From: Caldanaerobacter subterraneus | GTDB lineage: Bacteria > Bacillota > Thermoanaerobacteria > Thermoanaerobacterales > Thermoanaerobacteraceae | Direction: 5' to 3' | Length of the DNA: 24,000 bases | Assembly: GCF_004345675.1 (NCBI RefSeq) | Contig: NZ_SLWU01000018.1 | Coordinates: 28,345 to 52,344 of the forward strand | Shown: piece by piece, positions 8,866-16,462 of the stretch | Layout of the letters: each line of letters begins with the position of its first letter | Position numbering within the stretch: the stretch's first letter is position 1 | Position numbers and translations under genes: made by a program | Notes under the pieces: model-generated | Database searches by the model: none | What the model was told of the DNA's origin: nothing | What the model saw: the letters and a program-made list of their open reading frames with translations, nothing else

Positions 8866-8894
8866 TTGGCGAATACTTTTCAATATGGTATAAT
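8866..8894 (+). promoter_or_regulatory. candidate promoter for speE
   Basis: -35 TTGGCG at 8866-8871, a 17-bp spacer, and extended -10 TGgTATAAT at 8886-8894. Confidence 0.6.
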
Positions 8895-8928
8895 ATTTTA
8901 AGGCGTGATATTAAAATTGGAGGTGGGA

Positions 8929-9798
8929 GTGGGGTTGAAAAATCTAAATGGAAAGTGGGGATTGGACTCATCTAAAGAGTTTTACTGGGAGCCAGATGTG
9001 GAAGGAGGCTATAGAGTTTACAAAGTAAAGTCTGTTATTATGGAACATCAGTCACCGTATCAGAAGATAGACATTGTAGAACTTGAAACTTGGGGAAAGA
9101 GTTTATTTTTAGACGGCAGCCTTCAGTCAACAGAATCAGATGAATTTATATACCATGAACTTTTGGTGCATCCAGCTATGCGTGTTCACCCTTCTCCTAA
9201 GAGAGTTTTGATATGCGGGGTAGGAGAGGGGAAGAGCGTAAGAGAAGTTTTAAAATACCCGACAGTAAAAGAGGTAATAGGTGTTGATATAGATAAAGAA
9301 GTAGTTGCCCTCTGTCAGAAACACTTGGGTAAAACACCTATTGATGACAAGCGTGTGAGACTTGTATATCAAGATGTAGCAGAATTTATAAAAAATTATA
9401 GAGGCGAACCCTTTGATGTAGCTATAGTAGATGTAACAGATGATTTAGATGGGCCTGCTAGGAGTGTTCACCAGTTAGACTTTTATAAAAGGCTTTATGA
9501 AATTTTAGGCGAAAAAGCTACTGTGGTAGTGCAGGGGACATCAGCTTTTTCGAAAGTTAAAAATGTCGGCTTTTGCCACATCTATGAGATTCTCAAAGAA
9601 GTATTTCCTTTTGTAATTCCCTATGCCGATTACATCCCCTCTTTTAGCGATTTGTGGACTTTTTTTGTGGCTCTGAAAGGAATTAAAGACTTAACCCCAA
9701 GGCATGAAATCCCCCGTGACCTTAAGTATTACGATGAATATACAAATGAAAGGATTTTTACTCTAGCTAAGCCTTTGAGAGAAAAACTAGGGGTATGA
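8929..9798 (+). CDS. speE: polyamine aminopropyltransferase (spermidine synthase family)
   Basis: SPYQKIDIVE...LFLDGSLQSTESDEFIYHELLVHP...GVGEGKSVREVLKYPTVKEVIGVDID are SpeE motifs. The start is uncertain: GTG 8929 lies 5 nt after GGAGG at 8919-8923, with alternatives TTG 8935 and the ORF-track GTG 8905. Confidence 0.85.
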   Translation: MGLKNLNGKWGLDSSKEFYWEPDVEGGYRVYKVKSVIMEHQSPYQKIDIVELETWGKSLFLDGSLQSTESDEFIYHELLVHPAMRVHPSPKRVLICGVGEGKSVREVLKYPTVKEVIGVDIDKEVVALCQKHLGKTPIDDKRVRLVYQDVAEFIKNYRGEPFDVAIVDVTDDLDGPARSVHQLDFYKRLYEILGEKATVVVQGTSAFSKVKNVGFCHIYEILKEVFPFVIPYADYIPSFSDLWTFFVALKGIKDLTPRHEIPRDLKYYDEYTNERIFTLAKPLREKLGV

Positions 9799-9809
9799 TA
9801 GTACCCCTT
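9788..9809 (+). repeat. direct repeat copy 1 (speE stop codon plus hairpin, no T-run)
   Basis: TAGGGGTATGATAGTACCCCTT is identical to 10061-10082. It has an internal stem AGGGGTA/TACCCCT and contains the speE stop TGA at 9796-9798. Confidence 0.9.
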
Positions 9810-10060
9810 CAGACTGTTGACAAAATAAAGAAGTGGCATTTTGTGTGTAAATGCGACTTGTTGTCAAAGCGGTAACTAAACTTGGCGAACTTGAGGAGCG
9901 AAGGCGGGGCGAGCAAAGCGAGCGGCCACCTGAGCCTGAAAGGCGAATTGGCCGGTACCCCGCCTGAGCCCGAAAAGTGAGCCTTAGTTTAGTCGCTTTG
10001 CAACTCTGGAGCATTAACACAAAATGCCACTTAAATAAGAAAGACTTTGTCAACAAACTG
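9810..10060 (+). mobile_element. 251-bp non-coding palindromic element with a GC-rich core (MITE-like / structured RNA candidate)
   Basis: Nested inverted repeats run the full length: 9810-9824 with 10046-10060 (13/15), 9831-9846 with 10017-10032 (16/16), and 9865-9881 with 9987-10000. The element is flanked by 22-bp perfect direct repeats. There is no credible ORF. Confidence 0.55.
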
Positions 10061-10087
10061 TAGGGGTATGATAGTACCCCTTTTTAA
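10061..10087 (+). terminator. direct repeat copy 2, the functional-looking rho-independent terminator
   Basis: It has the same 22-nt hairpin as 9788-9809, but here it is followed by TTTTTAATTT. Confidence 0.8.
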
Positions 10088-10212
10088 TTTAAGAAATTGC
10101 AAGATTAGATGAAACTTTGACGAAAGGTTATACTTAGTTTTTTATACATAAAATTTTCACTTCTTGCAAAATATATAACCGAATCACAAAAGTGAGGAGG
10201 TTATGCCTTTTT

Positions 10213-11298
10213 ATGAAGAGAAAAAATCTCATAATGACAATTTTGGTAATTTTTATAGTGGTCAGTTTGATTTTTTTAAATGGATGCAAGAGTGGGACAC
10301 AAAAACAGTTTTTTAAGCCTTTTGCTGGGGTTAAGGGTAAGAAATTGCAAGTTGTGGGATTTTACATGGATTCTCAAGGGTATGACAATTCTTATCAGTC
10401 TCTAGTGAGATATTCCAAATACATAGATACGCTTTCACCGCTTTGGCTAACAGTTGAGGGAGATGGGACAGTAAAGGACTCTACTAATCCGCAGGCCTTA
10501 AACTACGCCAAAAAACAGGGTATAAAAGTAGTTCCCCTGGTGAATGTTGCCAATAGCAAGGATGAAGTGCTTTTAGACCCCAATATTCGCGACAAAGTCA
10601 TCTCTCAATTGGTAGTTCTTCTAAAAAAGCACGATTTTGACGGGTACAACATAGACTTTGAGTTCATACCTCATGGAGAAAAGAATTATGTAAAGGACAA
10701 GGATTATCTGACGGCCTTTGTGGCTAAGTTAAAGCCTCTTGTCAAAAAAGAAGGAAAAATATTGGACATATCAGTTATACCTCACTATCAAGTGCCAAAA
10801 GAAATATCCGGAATATACGATTATAGAGAACTAGCGCATTTGGTGGACCACGTTACATTGATGACTTATGACAGGCATAATGCTTCTACTCCTCCTGGTC
10901 CTGTTTCACCGGAACAGTGGGTAGAGTATAATGTAAAGGATGCCCTCAATGAAGGGTTTAAGCCTGAGCAGATATGCCTTGGGGTTGCTACTTATGGCTA
11001 TGACTGGCCTGCAAGCAAAAGCGGAGGTTTCTCAAGGCCTACCAAAGAAATCATGACAAAGGCAAAACTTCAGGGGATTGAGATAAAATGGAGTGATAAG
11101 TACCAAGAACCCTACTATACTTACTATGACAAAATAACCGGTACCACAAGGGAGGTTTGGTTTGAGAATTCATATACATTGGCAGAAAAAATAGAAGTGG
11201 CAAAAAGGTATAATCTCCATGGAATATGTGTGTGGAGGATTGGTTTTGAAACCCCCTCTTTCTGGAAAGTAATTGACCAGAAAATAGGTGCGCGGTAA
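10213..11298 (+). CDS. glycoside hydrolase family 18 lipoprotein (YaaH/YdhD-like peptidoglycan or chitin hydrolase)
   Basis: A signal peptide with lipobox LNGC is present, along with the GH18 catalytic motif FDGYNIDFE (DxxDxDxE). Start ATG 10213 lies downstream of GAGGAGG at 10194-10200. Confidence 0.8.
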   Translation: MKRKNLIMTILVIFIVVSLIFLNGCKSGTQKQFFKPFAGVKGKKLQVVGFYMDSQGYDNSYQSLVRYSKYIDTLSPLWLTVEGDGTVKDSTNPQALNYAKKQGIKVVPLVNVANSKDEVLLDPNIRDKVISQLVVLLKKHDFDGYNIDFEFIPHGEKNYVKDKDYLTAFVAKLKPLVKKEGKILDISVIPHYQVPKEISGIYDYRELAHLVDHVTLMTYDRHNASTPPGPVSPEQWVEYNVKDALNEGFKPEQICLGVATYGYDWPASKSGGFSRPTKEIMTKAKLQGIEIKWSDKYQEPYYTYYDKITGTTREVWFENSYTLAEKIEVAKRYNLHGICVWRIGFETPSFWKVIDQKIGAR

Positions 11299-11304
11299 AA
11301 AATG

Positions 11305-11333
11305 TTGAAAACATTTAAGTTTGAGTATATAAT
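11305..11333 (+). promoter_or_regulatory. candidate promoter for pepV
   Basis: -35 TTGAAA at 11305-11310, a 17-bp spacer, and -10 TATAAT at 11328-11333. Confidence 0.6.
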
Positions 11334-11369
11334 AGATATGTAAATTACCAATTTGTTGGGGGGATTTTT

Positions 11370-12764
11370 ATGGATTTAAACTCTTACATAGACAGCATGA
11401 GGGATGAAATCATAAAATCCGTTCAGGAATTAGTCAGAATAAAAAGCGTGCAGGATGAACCGAAACCAGGTATGCCGTACGGAGAAGGCGTTGCAAGAGC
11501 GCTAGAGAAAGCGCTTGAAATTGCAGAAAGGTTGGGATTTAAAACTAAGAACCTGGACGGCTATATAGGGTATGCAGAGTACGGTGAAGGAGAAGAAATG
11601 ATTGCAGTGCTGGGGCACCTGGATGTAGTGCCTGAAGGGGATGGGTGGACATATCCGCCCTATGGAGCTGAGATACACGACGGAAAGATATATGGGAGAG
11701 GTACTGTGGACGACAAAGGGCCAATAATCGCTGCTTTATATGGCCTAAAAGCCATAAAAGATGCAGGCCTTAAGCTTTCGAAAAGAGTGAGGATTATTTT
11801 CGGGACTAATGAAGAAACAGGGTCCCATGAGATAAAATATTATCTGGAACACGATGAAGCTCCCACAATGGGCTTTACTCCTGATGCACAGTACCCGATT
11901 ATACATGCAGAAAAAGGAATAACAATGTTCAATGTGGTCAAAGATTTTAATAAAAAGCCAAGTAGAATAGTGGTAAAATACATCAAAGGTGGAGAAAGGC
12001 CCAATGTGGTCCCCGGTTACTGTGAGGCGAGGCTTAAGGTTGAAGAGGAAAATACCAAGAAAGAGATTTTGAATGAATTAGAAGCTTTTGTAAGAGAAAC
12101 GGGGTATGACCTTAAATTTGAGGAGAAGGAAGGCGATTTAGTAATAAAGTCTTTTGGGATACCTGCCCATGGAAGCCTTCCACATCTCGGGAAAAACGCA
12201 ATAATGCAACTATTCCTCTTTTTGGATAGAATAAATTTAGATGAAAGCGATGTGAAGGACTTTATACACTTCTTTGCGACGAATGTTGGCATGGAGACTA
12301 ATGGCAAAACTTTTGGAATATACCTAAAAGATGAGACAGGAGAGCTCACCTTTAATGTGGGAACTGTTTCGATAGATGAGGACAAGGGAGTATTGGGATT
12401 GAATATAAGATATCCTGTCAAGCACAAGTATGAAGACTGGATGAACATTTTTGAGGAGAAGATAAAAGGTCAGGGTATGAGAATAGAGGATATGCTGCAC
12501 CAGCCGCCTTTGTATTTCCCACCTGATCATCCCTTGATAAAGATTTTAAGTAAGGTTTATGAAGAGCAGACGGGACAGAAAGCAGAGCTTTTGGCTATAG
12601 GTGGTGGAACTTATGCCAAAGAAATGCCGAATACTGTAGCTTTTGGTCCTGTTTTCCCAGGAAAACCAGAGCTGGCTCATCAGGCTGATGAGTACATAGA
12701 AATTGAAGACCTGATATTAAACGCAAAAATTTACGCTCACGCAATATATGAACTTGCCAAATAA
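11370..12764 (+). CDS. pepV: M20-family dipeptidase (PepV/Sapep type)
   Basis: AVLGHLDVVPEGDGW...YGRGTVDDKGP...NEETG are M20 metal-site motifs, 464 aa. The SD GGGGGGA precedes the ATG. Confidence 0.88.
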   Translation: MDLNSYIDSMRDEIIKSVQELVRIKSVQDEPKPGMPYGEGVARALEKALEIAERLGFKTKNLDGYIGYAEYGEGEEMIAVLGHLDVVPEGDGWTYPPYGAEIHDGKIYGRGTVDDKGPIIAALYGLKAIKDAGLKLSKRVRIIFGTNEETGSHEIKYYLEHDEAPTMGFTPDAQYPIIHAEKGITMFNVVKDFNKKPSRIVVKYIKGGERPNVVPGYCEARLKVEEENTKKEILNELEAFVRETGYDLKFEEKEGDLVIKSFGIPAHGSLPHLGKNAIMQLFLFLDRINLDESDVKDFIHFFATNVGMETNGKTFGIYLKDETGELTFNVGTVSIDEDKGVLGLNIRYPVKHKYEDWMNIFEEKIKGQGMRIEDMLHQPPLYFPPDHPLIKILSKVYEEQTGQKAELLAIGGGTYAKEMPNTVAFGPVFPGKPELAHQADEYIEIEDLILNAKIYAHAIYELAK

Positions 12765-12771
12765 AATCTCC

Positions 12772-12800
12772 TTGCATGTGCTTTGAAATTGTATTATAAT
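12772..12800 (+). promoter_or_regulatory. promoter for tRNA-Val(CAC)
   Basis: -35 TTGCAT at 12772-12777, a 17-bp spacer, and -10 TATAAT at 12795-12800. It is a paralogue of the promoter at 8577-8605. Confidence 0.7.
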
Positions 12801-12815
12801 AAATAAAGAAGCGGT

Positions 12816-12892
12816 GGGGTCATAGCTCAGCTGGTCAGAGCGCTGCGCTCACATCGCAGAGGTCACAGGTTCGACTCCTGTTGACCCCACCA
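12816..12892 (+). tRNA. tRNA-Val (anticodon CAC), CCA encoded
   Basis: The acceptor (GGGGTCA/TGACCCC) is the same as in tRNA-Val(GAC). Anticodon arm CTGCG-CTCACAT-CGCAG. Confidence 0.93.
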
Positions 12893-12911
12893 TAGTAAAA
12901 TTAAGACTTTG

Positions 12912-12937
12912 ACGGTCCTATCAAAGGACCGTTTTTC
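12912..12937 (+). terminator. rho-independent terminator after tRNA-Val(CAC)
   Basis: Stem ACGGTCCT/AGGACCGT with loop ATCAA, then TTTTTCTATTTTTT. Confidence 0.8.
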
Positions 12938-12966
12938 TATTTTTTGCTGTTTTGGTGCCAAAGTTT

Positions 12967-15900
12967 TTAATTTTTTATTAGAATCTCGTTTAATTCTTCA
13001 TATAAGTTTTTTAAAACACTCTGGTAATCTTTTTCTCCTGTTTCGACTGATTCCATGAGCTTTTCCAATTGGCGGGTAGTTTCTTCGTTTATGTAGTTCA
13101 TATATCTTTCTGACAAGTACGAATAGACCTTTCTTCCCAAAGCAGTGGTTCTAAGCCTTTTATAAACGTCCTCAATTATATACTTCCTTTTGAAAAGTAT
13201 ATCTACTATTTTTGCATATGTGGAGGGCCTGCCTATATTTCTTTTTTGCATTTCTTCAATCAAAGAAGCTTGTGTGAAAAGGGGAACTGTGTGAGTAGTG
13301 TAAGTCCTCTTAGAAACTACTGAGTATTTTTTCTCTTCAAAGGGTGTATAGACTGTTATTGGGTTAAAAATATTCCATCCTTCTTCTTGTAATTTTACTG
13401 GCACCTCCCTTTCTACCTGAAAAGAACCATTCTTAATCAAAATTTTTTGATTTATCACGACAGGGGATGTCATTTGGCTTGCCATGAATCTATTGAATAT
13501 CAAAGAATACACTTTTATGTGCATGGGACTTAAATAGGCAGCTATTTTTTCTGTGATGAATTCAGATAATTCTTCTGGAGATATCGGTTTTACCGGTCTT
13601 ATGGCCTCATGAGCTCCTTCTTTACCCCATTCTCTTTCAGACAAAAGGGTAATTTTACCTATTTTCTCAAGGTATGACCGCGCTATTTTCTGTCCTGTAG
13701 AAGAAATTCTGGTGGAGTCTGTTCTGTGATAAGTTATAAAGCCTAGCTCAAAAAGCGTCTGGAGTATTTCCATTATCTGCTGCACAGGCAGTTTAAATTG
13801 CTGAGAAGCAGCTGTCAACAAAGAAGGAGTATTAAAAGGTGGTAAGGGAGAAAGCGCCTGTTCTTTTTCTTCTACTATCTCCACTTCTACCTCGTCTACA
13901 TCTATTTTTCCATCTACTTCAAATTTAAATCCATTATCCAGTGTGAACTGAGTTACAGTTTTTTTGCTTTTACTGTGTTCTATTTCTTTTTCTAAAATCC
14001 ACCCGAGAACGGTGCTTTGCACTCTTCCTGCAGATAAATTAGAGTTTTGAAAATTTTTCTGAAGCCGCAAGCTCAGTTCAAATCCTACCCATCTATCTTC
14101 GATTCTCCTCACAATTTGCGACTTTACAAGATTCACATCACAGTTTCTCCGATTTCTTATGGCCTTATCGAAGCCAAATTTTGTAATTTCGTGCATTTCA
14201 ATGCGCTGAACGTTTTTATTTACCGGTTTTATATATTGGGAGATATCCCACCCAATTTTTTCGCCTTCCACGTCTGGGTCTGTGGCAATTATCACTTCAT
14301 CTACTTCCATCGCGATGTCCCTTAAAGCTTCTAAAATTTTTTTCTTATCATCAATCTTGTCTGAATTGCAGTAGGGGCAACGGGGTAGTTCATCTGTAAA
14401 CTGAGCTCCGCAGGAACTACAACGCTTTATGGAGTTGTAGTAAGGAATGAATCTGCCATCATTTATCTCCACGCCGTGCAGCCCTGTTTTTGTCTCCAAA
14501 TCATACAAATGTCCTTTTGATGCAGTTAAAAGCAAAATACCTTCCTGTGTTATTGACTCGTGTACCATTAAAGACCCGTATCTTCTTGTAGAAGATTTTT
14601 CTAAAAATTTTGAAATAGTTTGGGCCTTTGTAGGAGATTCGACGATTATCATTCTAGATTTCATGTCTTTAGAAGAGCTGTCTGTTGAAATGGCTTTTCT
14701 AGTTTCTTCTGCTTCTTTCACTAAATGCTCAATTTCACCTTCTTCTGTCCACTCTTCCTCGGTGAGGTAGAGAAGTCTTGCCTTTAAAAGTTCAAATAAG
14801 GAATCGTCTTCCTCAAAGAGTATGGAAATTCCTTTGGTGAGAGATGTACCGAATATTCTCGAAGTCCTTCCAGAAGCCTGGATGTATGTGTACACATCAG
14901 GTATTACTATGAGATTTTTCTCTTTATCAAATTTTGTAGTGGGGAAGTTTTTCTGTATGAGTTTTTCCCAGGTTTCAGGTGATATGTATTTTTCTACAGA
15001 TTTTCTGAGCTTTTCTGTTGAAAGCCTCTGCAGGTCTTTGAAGTAGGCCTTCAATTTTGGGTTGTTTTCTAAATAATCCTGAAAATTTCTTTCTAGAATA
15101 AATCTGGGAGCATTTTCTAACTTTGTGCTGAATTTAAAAGAGGGAGTTCCCCAAAATACTGCAAATTTGATCCTTAAAGGCAAGTCAATTCCCCTTACTA
15201 ATTTTCCGTAGTAAGAGTATATGCCACATAGAAGCTGTAGGCTTCCCTCCTTAAATTTTTCAAAAGATTTCTCAAAATCTTCCCATGTTTTACCTAATTT
15301 TACTCCATGTTCTTCTAAATAGTTTGCAATTTCTTTCCCTTCTTCTTCTGTGGGTACAAAGAGCAGGATTCCGTCTTTTAAGAGGTTAATTATATAGAGC
15401 AATTTTTCTAGCGATTTTTCTTTTATTCTCACGTTTGTTATATTCCGTGCACTGGTAGTAAATCTTCCGATTTCAAAACCCAAAAGTTCTCTAAATAAAA
15501 GGGGTTTTATGCCTTTTGGTTTTGCGGTGGCAGAAGAGACGATTAACCTTCCTTTTGGAGCTTTTTCTTCAATTTGAATTTTATCGGAATTGTTACCTTT
15601 TTTTAGATTGTCTAAAGTTGAGTCTATCGCTTTTTGTGAGATTCCTATCATATTAAGAAGTGTGTCAATATTTTTCGATGATTTCAAAACTGCATCTACG
15701 TCATCCACAAATACGAGGTCAAAAACTTTTTGAGAAAGCTGCTCTTTTCTTTTGGATATGAACTGGGATGAGATTACCAGTATGTCGTAGTTTCCTTCAG
15801 AAAAGTTTTTTTCAAATTTTTCCCTTTCCTTTTTTTTCAGCGAAGACGTATAAAAGAGAATATTCACATCTTCATCTTCTTTAGAAAATTCAATCAACCT

Positions 15901-16320
15901 CTTTGCTGCCTGTTCTACCAGTGAGACCGTGGGGAAAACGAGAGCTACTTTACCGCCTTTTTTTGCAATCCAAAGAGCTGAAATTAGTCCAAATGTAGTT
16001 TTGCCGACTCCAGTTGGAGCAACGAGTGTAAAGCTTTTTGAGAGTAAAAGCCGCTTTGCCCAGAATCTTTGATACCCGGTGGGCTTTTTGTTTATTTTTG
16101 AAAAGAAAAATTCTTCAAATTCCTTGTATTGTTGATTTAAATTCCAGTATTTTTCATATCCTTTAAGACTGTTGTTGAGTTTCAAACCTTTTAGGATATC
16201 TCCATCTTCAAACGGCAAGCACACCTCACAAGGTAAGCCTTTTTCATTTCTTGTGTCCGTGTTTATTCCTCCGCAGTTTATGCAGGAGTGATAGTATTTT
16301 GCACCTGTTGCCAATGCCAT
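12967..16320 (-). CDS. rgy: reverse gyrase (helicase-like domain fused to a type IA topoisomerase)
   Basis: 1117 aa. It has an N-terminal Zn finger (CINCGG...CEVC), Walker A APTGVGKTTFG, a DDVD box, a TOPRIM start MIIVESPTKAQTISKF, an internal Zn finger CSSCG...CPYC, and the catalytic-Tyr motif ITYHRTDSTRIS. Confidence 0.95.
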   Translation of the reverse strand: MALATGAKYYHSCINCGGINTDTRNEKGLPCEVCLPFEDGDILKGLKLNNSLKGYEKYWNLNQQYKEFEEFFFSKINKKPTGYQRFWAKRLLLSKSFTLVAPTGVGKTTFGLISALWIAKKGGKVALVFPTVSLVEQAAKRLIEFSKEDEDVNILFYTSSLKKKEREKFEKNFSEGNYDILVISSQFISKRKEQLSQKVFDLVFVDDVDAVLKSSKNIDTLLNMIGISQKAIDSTLDNLKKGNNSDKIQIEEKAPKGRLIVSSATAKPKGIKPLLFRELLGFEIGRFTTSARNITNVRIKEKSLEKLLYIINLLKDGILLFVPTEEEGKEIANYLEEHGVKLGKTWEDFEKSFEKFKEGSLQLLCGIYSYYGKLVRGIDLPLRIKFAVFWGTPSFKFSTKLENAPRFILERNFQDYLENNPKLKAYFKDLQRLSTEKLRKSVEKYISPETWEKLIQKNFPTTKFDKEKNLIVIPDVYTYIQASGRTSRIFGTSLTKGISILFEEDDSLFELLKARLLYLTEEEWTEEGEIEHLVKEAEETRKAISTDSSSKDMKSRMIIVESPTKAQTISKFLEKSSTRRYGSLMVHESITQEGILLLTASKGHLYDLETKTGLHGVEINDGRFIPYYNSIKRCSSCGAQFTDELPRCPYCNSDKIDDKKKILEALRDIAMEVDEVIIATDPDVEGEKIGWDISQYIKPVNKNVQRIEMHEITKFGFDKAIRNRRNCDVNLVKSQIVRRIEDRWVGFELSLRLQKNFQNSNLSAGRVQSTVLGWILEKEIEHSKSKKTVTQFTLDNGFKFEVDGKIDVDEVEVEIVEEKEQALSPLPPFNTPSLLTAASQQFKLPVQQIMEILQTLFELGFITYHRTDSTRISSTGQKIARSYLEKIGKITLLSEREWGKEGAHEAIRPVKPISPEELSEFITEKIAAYLSPMHIKVYSLIFNRFMASQMTSPVVINQKILIKNGSFQVEREVPVKLQEEGWNIFNPITVYTPFEEKKYSVVSKRTYTTHTVPLFTQASLIEEMQKRNIGRPSTYAKIVDILFKRKYIIEDVYKRLRTTALGRKVYSYLSERYMNYINEETTRQLEKLMESVETGEKDYQSVLKNLYEELNEILIKN

Positions 16321-16361
16321 TGCCCCCTACTTTGAAATATTAGCTGTTTTTCTATTTTCCA

Positions 16362-16390
16362 AATATACTAGAAAACTTTGAAAAAATCAA
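16362..16390 (-). promoter_or_regulatory. candidate promoter for rgy (minus strand)
   Basis: On the minus strand: -35 TTGATT (16390-16385), a 17-bp spacer, and -10 TATATT (16367-16362). It sits back-to-back with the lgt promoter. Confidence 0.55.
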
Positions 16391-16395
16391 TCCTC

Positions 16396-16423
16396 TTGAC
16401 ATGCTGTTGAAATGCTGTAAAAT
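16396..16423 (+). promoter_or_regulatory. candidate promoter for lgt
   Basis: -35 TTGACA at 16396-16401, a 16-bp spacer, and -10 TAAAAT at 16418-16423. Confidence 0.6.
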
Positions 16424-16462
16424 GGTATTATACAATGAAAATCGAAGTTGGAGGTAGCGATA

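Noticed and set aside
9787-10056. 89-aa minus-strand ORF (and a 38-aa plus-strand ORF from ATG 9851) inside the palindromic element
   Set aside because: The translations are low-complexity and Arg/Ser/Leu-rich, there is no SD, and the frame is a by-product of the GC-rich palindrome. I treated the region as non-coding.
9788-10082. Possibility that the two 22-bp palindromic direct repeats are a minimal CRISPR array
   Set aside because: There are only two copies, the intervening 251 bp is far too long for a spacer and is itself palindromic, there are no cas genes, and the repeat doubles as the speE terminator.
14047-15046. Plus-strand ORFs (74-107 aa) inside reverse gyrase, and similar antisense ORFs inside sigA (2392-2751), pepV (12017-12448), dnaG and lgt
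   Set aside because: All are embedded antisense in long, well-supported genes, and none has an SD or a recognisable domain. They are shadow ORFs.
12967-16320. Checked reverse gyrase for an intein, split gene or frameshift
   Set aside because: It is a single continuous 1117-codon frame with all expected motifs in order and a normal length for the family. There is no insertion-like segment.
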